Of a DNA stretch of 45,350 bases, positions 1-11,403 are shown piece after piece (the stretch's first letter is position 1; each line of letters starts with the position of its first letter). The notes below the pieces were generated by a model. That model ran no database searches and was not told the origin of the DNA. It saw nothing but the letters and a program-made list of their open reading frames with translations. Both the position numbers and the translations under genes were made by a program. The DNA is from a virus (Duplodnaviria > Heunggongvirae > Uroviricota > Caudoviricetes), in the IMG/VR virus record IMGVR_UViG_2541047917_000003. One strand, written 5' to 3'.

Positions 1-3000
1 TCAGCTAATCGTGATGCCTGCAGTGGCTTTCTTCATCACCACAACCAGCAAATCGCTGATACTTGCTGTGGGATACCAGTTATTTACCCACCATGCTGAT
101 ACAGAAAACTCCAGTGTCATTACACCACTGCCTGCAGGCATATCAATAACACCCGTGTAAATCAGAGTATTATCCAGAGCCGTTCGGTTATAAATTTCAG
201 CCCCGTTTTTCTTCACTATCAGGCAGCATGACGAATAAGTATCGCTATTCTCCCGCTCATGTCTGGCACCGCAGAAAGCCACCGCTGGAATAACAATTTG
301 CCGGTCAAACGACTGATCGTCATAAACCCTGACGGTAATAGTCCCTGATGGCCACCGCTCCGGTGCACGGGAGTCCCGGGGGAAAGCTTTGCCCACTGTT
401 TTAACGAGATCGCCTTCAATCTGGTTCGCGGACAATTTTCCCAGAACCCGACAGTTCTCGTTAATCGTGACGTTGTTGAGCGTCCCGGAGTTCGCATTCA
501 CGTTACCGCTGATATCGGCATTTTTCGCCGTCAGCCGCCCGTCCGGTGTCAGGGAAAATGCCGGAGGATTACCGCCGCTGGTAATGGTGGGAGCCGTCAG
601 ATATTTCAGGAACACTTCATTCATGAATATCTGATCGCCCTGACCAACAAACATCGGCTTTGTGTTGCCATTCGCAGGATTAATCATCGCAATCCTGTCT
701 GCCGCCAGCAGCACCTGACTCTGCATACCGTCGGGGGTGTTCTCAATACCGGCACCAATACCCGCGATATAAAGGCGTCCATCCTGCATCTGCTGCAGCT
801 TCACAGCCCACATGCTGTTCAGGTTATTATTTGTATCAACCTGAACCTTCTGTATCTGCTGGATTGCCGCACTCTGGTCTTCCAGTTTCTTATTGACAGT
901 CTGCGTGATTTCATTGCTGACATCCGTAATGGACGTCCTGATTTCAGCCAGGTCAGGCGCAAGCTGACCGTTATCAATCTGCGTCCACAGCTCCTGAGCC
1001 AGATGTGTTTTCCCTATCTCTCCTTTGAAAAAATCCAGGTAACCTTCCGCATCATCGCTCGCCCGACCGACAGCCTCCACGAATGCCGATTTGCCAACAG
1101 TATTCACACTGCGGATATAAAAGTAATAATCATGGCCCGGTTTGATATTGATACTGGCGGCTATCCAGTACAGCGCCGTACCAAGATAACGCGCGCTTGT
1201 TTCAACCTGCCTGATATCCGCAATCCGCTTTTCCGAGAACCAGAACTCAAACTGTACCGTCGGATCATAAACCGCAAGATGCGGCGTGGCGGTTATCTGA
1301 AAATAGCCCGGCGTCAGCTCAATCCGAGACGGCGCTGCCGGTGCGGCAATCCGGAACGATACCGATGCCGGATCGCCCTGCTGCCCCCACGCATTTACCG
1401 CCCGGACTGTCAGACTGTAATTTCCCAGAGCCAGCTGCCTGAAGCGGTAAGTGGTTTCCGTCGTCCGGGCCGTGCTGACCAGCCGCTCACTGCCGTCATC
1501 CGCTGCCACGGTCAGGCGAAGCATAAAGCTCACGCCCTTCACCACCTTCGGCGTATCCCAGCGCGCCAGCACCTGGTATTCCCCGCTGTCTGCGGTGACT
1601 TCTGCGGTCAGATGCTGCACTGCTGGCGGCGTGACACCATTCACCGTGCCGCTCTGGTTACCGTCAAAGTGCGCCCCGTTATCCACGATGGCCTCTTTCT
1701 CCGGTACATGCTGCACTGCAGTGATGGCATACATACCGTCGTCGTTCTCACGGATACTCACACAGCGGAACAGGCGCTGGCGCAGCGTCGGCAGCTTCAG
1801 CCCCCACACGCTGTATTCAGCAACGCCGTCAGGAACACGGCTCACTTTCACCTTCACGCCGTCGGTGACGGACTGAACCTCCACGCTGACCGGACTTCCC
1901 TGCCCGTCAACCAGGCTTATCAGCGTGGTGCCGGAAGATGTCAGCGTGATTTCACGGTCGAGCGTCAGCGTCCGGGTCTGGCTGTTCACCGCCAGCACGC
2001 GACCACCGGTGCTGATACCGGCATAGTCATCATCGCAGATTTCAATAACATCGCCCGGTACATGGCGAAGCCCTTCTGCGCCCACGCTGAAATCCACGGT
2101 CTGCGTTTCCAGCAGCTCCGTTTTAATCAGCCACAGCCCGGCGCGGTGTGCCTGCCCCCGGCTGGTACAGCCAAAGGCATCCATCTTCGTGACGTTACGA
2201 CCGTAACGGGCAATGGCCTGCGTGTCCTCCACAAGCTCTGTCGCCGTCTCCCAGCCGTTATCCGGGTCAATCCAGTTCACCTCAACGGCATTATGGCGGT
2301 CCTTCAGGGCGCTGAAACTGTAGCGGAACGGTGCGCCATCATCCGGCATCACCACATTACTGCGGTTATAGGTCCACACCTTATCTGATGGTCGGTCCTG
2401 CACGAACGTCAGCGTCTGCCCGTTCCATACCGGCATACAGCGCATCGCCGAGCAGAAATCACTGAGAACATCCCACGCCTTACGCTGTGTGGTCAGCCAG
2501 GCATTACAGGTGATGCGCGGCTCCGTGCCACCAAAGCCATCCGGCACTGACTGATCGCAATACTGGCCGATGACATACAGCGCCCATTTGTCCACATCCG
2601 CCGCACCAAGACGTTTCCCCATGCCGTAGCGCGGGTGGGTCAGCATATCCCACAGACACCAGGCCATGTTGTTGCTGTATGCCGGTTTAAACGTCCCGTC
2701 CCAGATACCGTTGTATTGCCGCGTCTGCGGGTTATAGTTCGACGGCACCTGCAGAATGCGCCCGCGAAGATGATAATTACGGCTCACCTGCTGGCTGCCG
2801 AACTGTTCCGAGTCCACCTGCACACCGACCAGTGCCGTGTTCGGGTAGCACTGTTTCACATCGATGATTTCGGTGTATGACAACCAGAGCGTTTTGTTCT
2901 GCAGCTGGTCTGTGGTGCTGTCCGGTGTCATCCTGCGCATCCGGATATTGAACGGGCGCGGCGGCAGGTTATCCACCACCACCGAGGCCAGATACTGCGA

Positions 3001-3480
3001 GGTGGTTTTGCCCTTAATGGTGATGTCTTTTTCCGTCACCCAGCCACCGTTACGCTGTATCTGAACCAGCAGGCGGACTTCCGACGGATTCCGGTCCCCC
3101 TTTGAAGTGGTTTCCACCAGAGCCTGCACACCGAAGGTAAAGCGCAGACGGTCGATGTTTGCAGACGTGATGGTCCGGGTGATCGGCGTGTCATATTTCA
3201 CTTCCGTACCCAGCACCGTCTCGGATCCGGAGGATTCAAAACCCTCCGGCGGTGTCTGCTCCTGCTCACCTGCCCGGAACACCACCGTGACACCGGCGAT
3301 GTTGGTATTCCCTTCACTGTCCAGCACCGGCGTACTGTTCAGCAGCACGCTTTTTAATCCATCCACCGGACCTTCTATCGGCCCTTCGCTGATGGCATCG
3401 ATCACACTCAGTAACTGCGTGGATTTCAGGTTGTCCTTCGCTTCGCGCGGGGTATGCCCCTTACTGCTGCCTTTACCCAT
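1..3480 (-). CDS. J: Tail tip / host-specificity protein J
   Basis: 1159-aa ORF ending at window position 1-3 (stop). Collinear with lambda J, last gene of the tail operon; C-terminus ...[16 protein letters not shown]. Confidence 0.95.
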   Translation of the reverse strand: MGKGSSKGHTPREAKDNLKSTQLLSVIDAISEGPIEGPVDGLKSVLLNSTPVLDSEGNTNIAGVTVVFRAGEQEQTPPEGFESSGSETVLGTEVKYDTPITRTITSANIDRLRFTFGVQALVETTSKGDRNPSEVRLLVQIQRNGGWVTEKDITIKGKTTSQYLASVVVDNLPPRPFNIRMRRMTPDSTTDQLQNKTLWLSYTEIIDVKQCYPNTALVGVQVDSEQFGSQQVSRNYHLRGRILQVPSNYNPQTRQYNGIWDGTFKPAYSNNMAWCLWDMLTHPRYGMGKRLGAADVDKWALYVIGQYCDQSVPDGFGGTEPRITCNAWLTTQRKAWDVLSDFCSAMRCMPVWNGQTLTFVQDRPSDKVWTYNRSNVVMPDDGAPFRYSFSALKDRHNAVEVNWIDPDNGWETATELVEDTQAIARYGRNVTKMDAFGCTSRGQAHRAGLWLIKTELLETQTVDFSVGAEGLRHVPGDVIEICDDDYAGISTGGRVLAVNSQTRTLTLDREITLTSSGTTLISLVDGQGSPVSVEVQSVTDGVKVKVSRVPDGVAEYSVWGLKLPTLRQRLFRCVSIRENDDGMYAITAVQHVPEKEAIVDNGAHFDGNQSGTVNGVTPPAVQHLTAEVTADSGEYQVLARWDTPKVVKGVSFMLRLTVAADDGSERLVSTARTTETTYRFRQLALGNYSLTVRAVNAWGQQGDPASVSFRIAAPAAPSRIELTPGYFQITATPHLAVYDPTVQFEFWFSEKRIADIRQVETSARYLGTALYWIAASINIKPGHDYYFYIRSVNTVGKSAFVEAVGRASDDAEGYLDFFKGEIGKTHLAQELWTQIDNGQLAPDLAEIRTSITDVSNEITQTVNKKLEDQSAAIQQIQKVQVDTNNNLNSMWAVKLQQMQDGRLYIAGIGAGIENTPDGMQSQVLLAADRIAMINPANGNTKPMFVGQGDQIFMNEVFLKYLTAPTITSGGNPPAFSLTPDGRLTAKNADISGNVNANSGTLNNVTINENCRVLGKLSANQIEGDLVKTVGKAFPRDSRAPERWPSGTITVRVYDDQSFDRQIVIPAVAFCGARHERENSDTYSSCCLIVKKNGAEIYNRTALDNTLIYTGVIDMPAGSGVMTLEFSVSAWWVNNWYPTASISDLLVVVMKKATAGITIS

Positions 3481-3540
3481 TCGTCATGCTCCATAAACGA
3501 CAAAACCGCCCGCAGGCGGTTTCACATAAAACATTTTGCA

Positions 3541-4212
3541 TCAGCGACCAATCACCACAACCTGACCACCATCCCCTTCGTCTGCCGTGCTGATCTCCTG
3601 AGAAACCACCCGCGACCCCACACGCATTTCACCGTACAGAACAGGCAAAACATTGCCCTGGGCAACCATGTTATCCAGTGAGGAGAAATAGGTGTTCTGC
3701 TTACCGTTATCCGTTGTCTGTGTGCGGGGAGTTCTGGCTTTCGGTGCCAGCATCTGAGCCACACCGCCGAGCACCATACTGGCACCGAGAGAAAACAGAA
3801 TGCCGGTCATACCACCGGCCCCAATGGCTGTCCCCCATGCTGCAAGGGTGACTCCGGCGGTAAAGAATGATCCGGCAATGGCGGCTGCCCCCAGGACAAT
3901 CTGGAATACGCCACCTGACTTGGCCCCGGCGACTCTGGGAACGATATGAATCACAGCGCCGTCAGGCAGAGCCTCATGTAACTGCGCCGTTAATCCGGAC
4001 GTGCTGACATCCTGCCCGGCAATACGTACCTGATACCAGCCGTCGCTCAGTTTCTGACGAAACGAAGGGAGCTGTGTGGCCAGCGCCCGGATGGCTTCAG
4101 CCCCCGTTTTCACACGAAGGTCGATGCGGCGGCCAAATCGTTGTAAATCCCCGTAAAGGCAGATGCGTGCCATGCCCGGTGACGCCAGAGGGAGTGTGTG
4201 CGTCGCTGCCAT
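3541..4212 (-). CDS. I: Tail assembly protein I
   Basis: 223-aa ORF between K and J; overlaps the K 3' end by ~103 nt as in lambda. Confidence 0.9.
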   Translation of the reverse strand: MAATHTLPLASPGMARICLYGDLQRFGRRIDLRVKTGAEAIRALATQLPSFRQKLSDGWYQVRIAGQDVSTSGLTAQLHEALPDGAVIHIVPRVAGAKSGGVFQIVLGAAAIAGSFFTAGVTLAAWGTAIGAGGMTGILFSLGASMVLGGVAQMLAPKARTPRTQTTDNGKQNTYFSSLDNMVAQGNVLPVLYGEMRVGSRVVSQEISTADEGDGGQVVVIGR

Positions 4213-4853
4213 TTGTCGGTATACCTCTCTCGTTTGCTCAGTTGTTCAGGAATATGGTGCAGCAGCTCGCCGTCACCACAGTAAATGGCGGCATGATTCG
4301 GCACAGATGAACCAAAACAGCACAGCAGCACATCGCCCGGCTGCGCCGCTGACAGCGGCACCTGATACAGCCCTGTGGCCTCCAGATTATCCAGATAGAG
4401 ATTCTGACCGTTACGCCACCAGTCATCCTCACGATGAAAATCCGGCATCTCAATCCCCGCCAGATGGTAAGCATCCCGGAACAGCGTGTAACAGTCCGTC
4501 ACCCCGTGCTCAAAGAGCCGCCCGGTGAGATGCGGCACACAGCGGAACTTATGAATCGCCCCCCGGCAGACCAGCCACCACGGCAAATCACTCTGCACCT
4601 GCAGTCGCCGGTCGGCCTCACTCAGCCAGGGCAGACCACCGGGATGGCTGTGCACCAGCGCCACAATCTCACCCTGCATTTCTGCCCGCAGCCAGTCCTC
4701 CGGCGACATCCGGAAATACTCCTCCGGCTCACCGGAGATATTTACGCAGGTAAGATATCTGTCTCCCTCCGGCGTTCTCACCACAAAGCCGCACGACTCC
4801 GCTGGCGCACATCGCCGGGCGTGCGCCAGAATCGCTGATTCTGTCTGTGTCAT
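4110..4853 (-). CDS. K: Tail assembly protein K (JAB/MPN-like plus NlpC/P60-like)
   Basis: 247-aa ORF with ATG 5 nt after the L stop; HSHPGG...S..D JAMM-like motif. Lambda K is usually annotated as 199 aa from an internal Met (MSPEDWL); the longer form includes the metal-binding N-terminal part. Confidence 0.85.
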   Translation of the reverse strand: MTQTESAILAHARRCAPAESCGFVVRTPEGDRYLTCVNISGEPEEYFRMSPEDWLRAEMQGEIVALVHSHPGGLPWLSEADRRLQVQSDLPWWLVCRGAIHKFRCVPHLTGRLFEHGVTDCYTLFRDAYHLAGIEMPDFHREDDWWRNGQNLYLDNLEATGLYQVPLSAAQPGDVLLCCFGSSVPNHAAIYCGDGELLHHIPEQLSKRERYTDKWQRRTHSLWRHRAWHASAFTGIYNDLAAASTFV

Positions 4854-4858
4854 GGGAT

Positions 4859-5557
4859 TTACTGCGAAAGTTTGTTAATGGAAAGGAAGCCGCCAAAGTT
4901 GCCGACGTTATTGCGAAACTTACAGCCACTCAGGCATTTGCTGCATTTATCCTTCGTGATATCGGATGTAGGCTGGTCATATTCATCAGCGACAGCCGGA
5001 CCGTTATAACCGCACTCATCACCGCGATAGGTCCAGGTGCAGGTATTAGCCAGCATGATGCGCCCCGGAAAAACAGCACCATCCGTTTCCGTCGGCGTGG
5101 ACAGTACAAAAGAGGCACTGACCGCGCTCAGTTCGCTGCACTGCTCGATGCGCCAGCGGCTGATCACCTCCTGCTCCGGATCGGCGTCGCTGTTTCCGTT
5201 GACGAAGTTCACCGCATCCAGAAAACGGGCATAAACCTTACGCCTGACCACCGTTCCGCCGACCAGACTCTGCAGGTCTTCCGCCATCCCGGTGACCATA
5301 CCGTACAGGTTAGAAACCGTCAGCGTGGGGCGCGTACTGGTGCCTTTGCCATTCAGTTCGAAACCACTCCCCTGAATGGGATACGCCTGATACTGTCGCC
5401 CCTGCCAGGTGACCGGCTCACCTTTTTCGTTCTGCTAATTACAGAAAAAATAACGTTCTCCACCAACCTCTGTCAGATCGATTTCCCAGAGCACCACGCA
5501 GGCAGACTGCTCCGCACGGGTGCATTCATTCAGTGTTTCCTGTCGGATATCCTGCAT
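4859..5557 (-). pseudogene. L: Tail tip assembly protein L interrupted by an in-frame amber codon at codon 41
   Basis: ATG at 5557-5555 overlaps the M stop (TGATG). The frame reads MQDIRQETLNECTRAEQSACVVLWEIDLTEVGGERYFFCN, then TAG (+ strand cta at 5435-5437), then QNEKGEPVTWQGRQYQ... in the same frame. The ORF track shows only the downstream 146-aa ORF 4859..5299 starting at an internal Met. Confidence 0.8.
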
Positions 5558-5886
5558 CAGTTCACCACCTGTTCAAACTCTGCGCTGAACTCAACACGCA
5601 ACATACTGACCCGCGACGACCATTTTGCGCAGGTCACCTTTATCTGCCGCCACTCATAAGGCGGCGTCCACAGAAAGGATTTCCAGCCCCCGTGCTCTTC
5701 CAGAAACGACTCCAGTACCGTGGCCTCCTCACGGGGGACAGAAAGCGTCACGCTGTACGTTTTCAGGTTGGCATTCAGCCCGGCAGGCGCTCGCTGAGAA
5801 TAGCCATCACCAAAGCGCACCTTTCTTACAGAAGGGACCGAAGCCACATCCATACCGGGTTTCACTTTCCAGCGGAAGGTCTTCAT
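5557..5886 (-). CDS. M: Tail assembly protein M
   Basis: 109-aa ORF collinear with lambda M, between H and L. Confidence 0.9.
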   Translation of the reverse strand: MKTFRWKVKPGMDVASVPSVRKVRFGDGYSQRAPAGLNANLKTYSVTLSVPREEATVLESFLEEHGGWKSFLWTPPYEWRQIKVTCAKWSSRVSMLRVEFSAEFEQVVN

Positions 5887-8462
5887 CGTCCACCTCCGGA
5901 GAACAGGCCACCATCACGCATCTGTGTCTGAATTTCATCACGGGCACCCTTGCGGGCCATGTCATACACCGCCTTCAGAGCAGCCGGACCTATCTGCCCG
6001 TTCGTGCCGTCGTTGTTAATCACCACATGGTTATTCTGCTCAAACGTCCCGGACGCCTGCGACCGGCTGTCTGCCATGCTGCCCGGTGTACCGACATAAC
6101 CGCCGGTGGCATAGCCGCGCATCAGCCGGTAAAGATTCCCCACGCCAATCCGGCTGGTTGCCTCCTTCGTGAAGACAAACTCACCACGGTGAACAATCCC
6201 CGCTGGCTCATATTTGCCGCCGGTTCCCGTAAATCCTCCGGTTGCAAAATGGAATTTCGCCGCAGCGGCCTGAATGGCTGTACCGCCTGACGCGGATGCG
6301 CCGCCACCAACAGCCCCGCCAATGGCGCTGCCGATACTCCCGACAATCCCCACCATTGCCTGCTTAAGCAGAATTTCTGTCATCATGGACAGCACGGAAC
6401 GGGTGAAGCTGCGCCAGTTCTGTTCACTGCCGGTCAGCATCGCCGCCATATTATGCGCAATACCATCAAAGGTCTGCGTGGCTGCACTTTTAACCTGCGA
6501 CATACTGTCCGTGGCGCTCTCTTCCCACTCACTCCAGCCTGACCTGAGGCCTGCCATCCAGCTCCCGCGAAGCTGGTCTTCAGCCGCCCAGGTCTTTTTC
6601 TGCTCTGACATGACGCTATTCAGCGCCAGCGGATTATCGCCATACTGTTCCTTCAGGCGCTGTTCCGTGGCGTCCCGCGCTGCCTGCCGGTCAGTCAGCC
6701 CCCGGTTTTTCGCCTCAATGGCTGCCCGTTTTGCCCGTTGCTGCTGTGCGAATTTATCCGCCTGCTGCGCCAGCGCGTTCAGGTGCTCCTGATACGTGAC
6801 CTTATCGCCAAGTGCAGCCAGCTGGCGTTTGTACTCCAGCGTCTCGTCTTTATGCGCCAGCAGGGATTTCTCCTGTGCGGACAGCTGGCGACGTTGCGCC
6901 GCCTCCTCCAGTACCGCGAACTGACTCTCCGCCTTCCACAAATCCCGGCGCTGCTGGCTGATTTTCTCATTTGCTCCGGCATGCTTCTCCAGCGTCCGGA
7001 GTTCTGCCTGAAGCGTCAGCAGGGCAACATGAGCACTGTCTTCCTGACGATCGCCCGCAGACACCTTCACGCCGGACTGTTTCGGCTTTTTCAGCGTCGC
7101 TTCATAATCCTTTTTCGCCGCCGCCATCAGCGTGTTGTAATCTGCCTGCAGGATTTTCCCGTCCTTCAGTGCCTTGTTCAGTTCTTCCTGACGGGCGGTA
7201 TATTTCTCCAGCGGCGTCTGCAGCCGTTCGTAAGCCTTCTGCGCCTCTTCGGTATATTTCAGCCGTGATGCCTCAGACTCGGCCCAGTCCTTTGCTGCCA
7301 TCTCTCTGGCCTTTTCAAGATCGGCCTGCAACGTGGCGGCTGAAAGTCCAAGTTGCGCATTCGCTCTGTCCTCCCATGCTCCCCGGAGATTGGCAAGAAA
7401 TGCTGAGGTTTTACCGCGCCGGTGGCTCCGGCTCTGATACCACTGCCATTTTTTGTCCGCCTCATCAAAAGCCTTTTCTGCTTTCTCCAGCATTCCCTGG
7501 GCAGTGTCCGGGCGACCAATATCCAGCACCGAATCCCACATGGATTTGAATGCCCGTGCTGTCCTGTCTGCCCAGGTCTCCAGCGTGCCCATGTTCTCTT
7601 TCAGGCGGCGGGTCTGGTCATCAAACCCTTTCGTTGCGGCCTCGTTCGCCGCCTGCAATGCGCCGGCTTCATCTCCGGAACGCTGCAACTGAGCAACATA
7701 CGCAATCTGCTCCGCCGTCACGTTATGGAACTGACGTGCCATCGCTGTCAGTCCCGACGTCGGGTCTGTGGTCAGCTTCCCGAAGGCTTCAGCGACCTTG
7801 TCCACCTCCACGCCGGATGCAGAGGAGAAACGCGCCACACTCTGGCTGATCGCCTCAAACTGCTCACCACCACGCACACCGGCATTCACCAGCGCCGTCA
7901 GTGACTCGCTGGTCTGGTTAAACGTCAGCCCTGCCGCCTGCCCGGCTCTGGACAGGACCAGCATACGATCTGCCGTCAGTCCCGCCTGATTGCCGGAAAG
8001 GACCAGCGTTTTGTTGAAATCGGACAGGGTTGAGTTGCCCTGATACCAGGCATACGCCAGCGCACCGGTCGCCACCGCCAGCGAGGTGGCCCCCACCATC
8101 GGCAGGGTGATCGCACCGGCAAGCCCCCTGAACATGGGGATCATCCCGCCGAAGGAGTCCTTAACCTGACCCCCCTGTTGCAGCAGGATCAGCCACGGGC
8201 TTTGCCCGCCTGCAAGCTGCGTGGCCACGTCGGTGAACTGTGCAGGCAGCATACGCATGGCGGCTTTATACTGTCCGACGGAAATCCCCGCTTTCTGTGC
8301 AGCCAGCGCCTGCCGGTTCATTGACTGTTCAACGACTGCCGCTGTTTTTTTCGCATCACTTTCCGTACCGGAAAAATGACGCCTGACTCTGGCCATCTGC
8401 TCGTCAAATCTGGCCGCATCCAGACTCAAATCAACGACCAGATCGCCTACCGGTTCAGCCAT
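5883..8462 (-). CDS. H: Tail tape measure protein H
   Basis: 859-aa ORF starting MAEPVGDLVVDLSLDAARFDEQ; Gly-rich C-terminal segment; position after G/T. Confidence 0.95.
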   Translation of the reverse strand: MAEPVGDLVVDLSLDAARFDEQMARVRRHFSGTESDAKKTAAVVEQSMNRQALAAQKAGISVGQYKAAMRMLPAQFTDVATQLAGGQSPWLILLQQGGQVKDSFGGMIPMFRGLAGAITLPMVGATSLAVATGALAYAWYQGNSTLSDFNKTLVLSGNQAGLTADRMLVLSRAGQAAGLTFNQTSESLTALVNAGVRGGEQFEAISQSVARFSSASGVEVDKVAEAFGKLTTDPTSGLTAMARQFHNVTAEQIAYVAQLQRSGDEAGALQAANEAATKGFDDQTRRLKENMGTLETWADRTARAFKSMWDSVLDIGRPDTAQGMLEKAEKAFDEADKKWQWYQSRSHRRGKTSAFLANLRGAWEDRANAQLGLSAATLQADLEKAREMAAKDWAESEASRLKYTEEAQKAYERLQTPLEKYTARQEELNKALKDGKILQADYNTLMAAAKKDYEATLKKPKQSGVKVSAGDRQEDSAHVALLTLQAELRTLEKHAGANEKISQQRRDLWKAESQFAVLEEAAQRRQLSAQEKSLLAHKDETLEYKRQLAALGDKVTYQEHLNALAQQADKFAQQQRAKRAAIEAKNRGLTDRQAARDATEQRLKEQYGDNPLALNSVMSEQKKTWAAEDQLRGSWMAGLRSGWSEWEESATDSMSQVKSAATQTFDGIAHNMAAMLTGSEQNWRSFTRSVLSMMTEILLKQAMVGIVGSIGSAIGGAVGGGASASGGTAIQAAAAKFHFATGGFTGTGGKYEPAGIVHRGEFVFTKEATSRIGVGNLYRLMRGYATGGYVGTPGSMADSRSQASGTFEQNNHVVINNDGTNGQIGPAALKAVYDMARKGARDEIQTQMRDGGLFSGGGR

Positions 8463-8889
8463 ACCGGACTCCTCCTGCGATCCCTTCTGATACTGTCATC
8501 AGCATTACGTCATCCTCCGTCATGTCCGCCACATCCGGGGAAGCGGGGATAACTTCATTCCCGTCCGGGCCAAAGCGGACGCCTCCGGCAAGCCCTGCCG
8601 CTTTCTGCATCAGCACATCATCTTCAGGCTCTTCGTCAGCCTCGCGCCGGTTCAGCAGACTGAAATCCAGCGGATGCATATCCGGATCGCTGAAAAACAG
8701 GCTGAGTACGGTGTACGTCAGCCCGGAAAAGTGCATATCCAGCAGAACATCATGAAAATAATGGGTACTGTAAAAGCGGTGCCAGTCGGCATACTCCGTG
8801 GATGACATCCCGGCAAGCATGGCGCGCCAGTCGGGTCGCCCCATCTCACGCGCCAGTTTCAGGGCAAAACTCAGCTCACCGTCGAACAC
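8455..8889 (-). CDS. T: Tail assembly chaperone T frame (expressed as G-T fusion by -1 frameshift)
   Basis: 144-aa ORF overlapping the G 3' end in the -1 frame; lambda T arrangement. Confidence 0.85.
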   Translation of the reverse strand: MFDGELSFALKLAREMGRPDWRAMLAGMSSTEYADWHRFYSTHYFHDVLLDMHFSGLTYTVLSLFFSDPDMHPLDFSLLNRREADEEPEDDVLMQKAAGLAGGVRFGPDGNEVIPASPDVADMTEDDVMLMTVSEGIAGGVRYG

Positions 8890-9293
8890 TTTCCCGCAGA
8901 AACAGGCTCTGCTGGCCCGGCGTCATCTGCCTGTTCAGGTGCATCATTCACAACAAACTCAGACATACCGGACAGCCGGTACACCACGTTTTCAGCATGA
9001 GAAATTGCCTCTGTGGGCCAGGTGGTAAGCACTTCCTGCTCAATCTGTTTAACGGCTTCATTCATGGAAGGCTGCTTTGTCTTCTGCGGATGGTTATGCC
9101 ACAGGGACATCGCCACCAGAAACGCGCCGGTTCTGATGGCGTCTTCCACAGTAAACTTCCGGTTGCTGTCTGACTCCGCCTGTTCTGCCTGCCGTTTCAT
9201 CAGGGCGAGATGCTCAATACGCTGCAGGGCTGACAGTTCAGAAAGCGTGACGGTCACACCGTTATGTTCAAATGATTCGGTTTTCAGGAACAT
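8871..9293 (-). CDS. G: Tail assembly chaperone G
   Basis: 140-aa ORF after V, ending ...SAGKCSTVS with slippery site. Confidence 0.9.
   Translation of the reverse strand: MFLKTESFEHNGVTVTLSELSALQRIEHLALMKRQAEQAESDSNRKFTVEDAIRTGAFLVAMSLWHNHPQKTKQPSMNEAVKQIEQEVLTTWPTEAISHAENVVYRLSGMSEFVVNDAPEQADDAGPAEPVSAGKCSTVS
8889..8895 (-). other. Programmed -1 ribosomal frameshift slippery site GGGAAAG (G to G-T)
   Basis: + strand ctttccc at 8889-8895 is GGGAAAG on the coding strand, 6 codons before the G stop (…AGKCSTVS*), as in lambda G/T. Confidence 0.8.
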
Positions 9294-9308
9294 CTCTGAC
9301 TCTCCGGA

Positions 9309-10049
9309 TTAACTGGCGGTGACGGTGATTTCTGCAACCGCAGCAAACTCACCATTACCGGATACAACCGGAATGTTGACCTTGCCTGCAGCAACGCCAT
9401 TCACGGTGATGGTCATACCACTGACCGACACGGTGGCTTTTGTTTTATCCGCTGACACCGCACGGAAGCTCTTGTCGGTTGCGCCTTCCGGCTGGAATGC
9501 CACGGTCAGCGTGGTGCTCTTCCCTTTCTCTACGGAAGCACTGGCTGGCGTCACGGTCATACCGGTTACCGCTGTTACCGTGCTGCGATCTTCTGCCATC
9601 GACGGACGTCCCACATTGGTGACTTTCACCGTGCGGGTGATCACTTCCTTCGCCGTCACCGCCTTACCGATACTGCTGACCCAGCCGCGGAACACATCGA
9701 CCGTGCCGTTCGGGAAGCGGATTTTATAGGCACGGGTATCACCTTCATTAAACCACGCCAGCAGCGCCTGCTGCCCCTGCTCTCCGGGCATCCACGCCAG
9801 CGTGAAGCTGGTATCTCCGGCGGATTTCTGCCCCTGCCCGGTCGCAGTCCAGTCTGCATCTTCATCATCGAGATAGCTGTCGTCATAGGACTCAGCGGTC
9901 AGTTCGCCGGGCGTCAGGTCTTTAACTTTTGCCAGACGCGACCAGTCAACGTCTGAAAGCGGATTCGCATAAGGGTCGCCGCTCCCGTTATAAACCCACA
10001 GTGTGGTCCCGGCCCCTTTCACCGGTGCCAGAGGATTTGGTGTTGGCAT
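9309..10049 (-). CDS. V: Major tail tube protein V
   Basis: ORF 9309..10079; likely start at the internal Met ([20 protein letters not shown]...), giving 246 aa; C-terminal Ig-like domain. Confidence 0.9.
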   Translation of the reverse strand: MPTPNPLAPVKGAGTTLWVYNGSGDPYANPLSDVDWSRLAKVKDLTPGELTAESYDDSYLDDEDADWTATGQGQKSAGDTSFTLAWMPGEQGQQALLAWFNEGDTRAYKIRFPNGTVDVFRGWVSSIGKAVTAKEVITRTVKVTNVGRPSMAEDRSTVTAVTGMTVTPASASVEKGKSTTLTVAFQPEGATDKSFRAVSADKTKATVSVSGMTITVNGVAAGKVNIPVVSGNGEFAAVAEITVTAS

Positions 10050-10056
10050 ATCGTCC

Positions 10057-10452
10057 TCACATTTCATAGGTAATGACATAAGTCAGATCGGCTGAACTCC
10101 ACAGGCCCGCATCATCGTCGCGCCGGTAGTCATAGCCACTGGCCACCATACTGGTGATCAAATCTGACAGTGCCGGGATATCGCTCATCACCGGATAAAT
10201 CCGGGACTCCATCCACGCATCCAGCTCTGAATCCGGCACCTGAGCAGGCAGGAAAACTTCAATATGCAGCTCCGCCTGCCAGGTATCGCTGTCCAGCTCT
10301 TCGCCCGTGTATTCAGCGCCGGTGAGATAAACGGCAATTGCCGGAAAATCTTCCTCATCAAAAACAGCGGGGCGACCATCAAAAAGCGTCGCCCCTGTGT
10401 CATGCTTCTCCAGTGCATCCAGTACGGCTGCACGGAGTTCAGTATGTTTCAT
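10057..10452 (-). CDS. U: Tail terminator protein U
   Basis: 131-aa [39 protein letters not shown]...; lambda U position. Confidence 0.9.
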   Translation of the reverse strand: MKHTELRAAVLDALEKHDTGATLFDGRPAVFDEEDFPAIAVYLTGAEYTGEELDSDTWQAELHIEVFLPAQVPDSELDAWMESRIYPVMSDIPALSDLITSMVASGYDYRRDDDAGLWSSADLTYVITYEM

Positions 10453-11027
10453 CGCTTTATTACCATTCTCAGTTGATGCTGCAGCGCATAGCCCAGCTCT
10501 TTCGGAAGACGCTCACGCCGTATCCGCTCAATATTCTGTTTAAACGCCGTGGTCAGCGGCACCGCCATCGGGATTTTCACCACATCAATGGGGTAACGGT
10601 TTTTCCCGGCCACACGCTGCATGACATGCCACCGGCCATTTTTCAGTTGCTGAATAAACGCGCCGGGAATACGACGGTTTCCCACCACAAGCACGCTGCC
10701 GCCACCTTTCAGGGATGAACGCTGCCCCTTTTTACGACGCCTGCGGCGGGACAGGACAACCCGCGCATTACCCAGCCTGATTACGGGCAAATCCCCCCGG
10801 TTAACCCTGATTCTGGCCTGCGGATTTTTGACCGTGGCCCTTTTCAGCCTGGCCCTTTCCTTTACCAGTTTCCGGCGTACCTTTGTCTCACGGGCAACCT
10901 GTGACGCAGACTGCGATATCGCGGATGACGCAACGCGGTTAATGGCCATTGCGGCGGCACCAGGCACCGCCGTTTTGCTGATACGGCTGAGGTTTTCAAC
11001 GGCCTGCTCAAGACCTTTTATGGCCAT
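10449..11027 (-). CDS. Z: Tail completion protein Z
   Basis: 192-aa basic ORF overlapping the U start; lambda Z position. Confidence 0.85.
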   Translation of the reverse strand: MAIKGLEQAVENLSRISKTAVPGAAAMAINRVASSAISQSASQVARETKVRRKLVKERARLKRATVKNPQARIRVNRGDLPVIRLGNARVVLSRRRRRKKGQRSSLKGGGSVLVVGNRRIPGAFIQQLKNGRWHVMQRVAGKNRYPIDVVKIPMAVPLTTAFKQNIERIRRERLPKELGYALQHQLRMVIKR

Positions 11028-11038
11028 ACATCCCCCTT

Positions 11039-11392
11039 TCAGCGGCGACGGTTAACGGCAGGCGGCACGCCACGCCCAAGCCAGAGATGACAGCTTCCGC
11101 CATCATCCGGCGAAACCCGGTCTATCCAGAAGTTTTCCTCACCGATGGTCAGCGTGTCTCCACGCCGCAGCTGCCGCACCTCATCAGTCCGGACAAACAG
11201 GGACGGGCTGGAGCCTTCAACGCGCACGCCCTGTCCGGCATAGCTGATATTTTCAGGGTCATCAAAAACACCACGTATCACAGCACCGGACTGCTCACCG
11301 GATGTCATGGTGGCTGACGTTCCCATGTACCCGCGTATCGTTTCATCAGCGCGGGCAATGGCGGCATCGAACAGGTTATCGAAATCAGCCAC
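11039..11392 (-). CDS. FII: Head-tail joining protein FII
   Basis: 117-aa ORF MADFDNLFDAAIARADETIRGYMG...; lambda FII position. Confidence 0.9.
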   Translation of the reverse strand: MADFDNLFDAAIARADETIRGYMGTSATMTSGEQSGAVIRGVFDDPENISYAGQGVRVEGSSPSLFVRTDEVRQLRRGDTLTIGEENFWIDRVSPDDGGSCHLWLGRGVPPAVNRRR

Positions 11393-11403
11393 AGCGCCTC
11401 CCG

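Noticed and set aside
1003-2388. 461-aa + strand ORF (and several other long + strand ORFs at 1451-1876, 5625-6290, 6274-7549, 17466-18233) inside the tail and head gene block
   Set aside because: They lie antisense to long, clearly coding structural genes (J, H, A and others), have no convincing ribosome-binding sites and have low-complexity Arg/Pro/Ala-rich translations typical of the reverse strand of GC-rich genes; treated as spurious.
5399-5524. Apparent +1/-1 frameshift pair in the 5' part of L
   Set aside because: On a first manual pass I seemed to see an inserted base near 5521 and a deleted base near 5401. Re-deriving positions from the ORF-track frame of the overlapping + strand ORF 4847..5659 showed L is colinear and in frame throughout; only the single TAG at 5435-5437 is supported.
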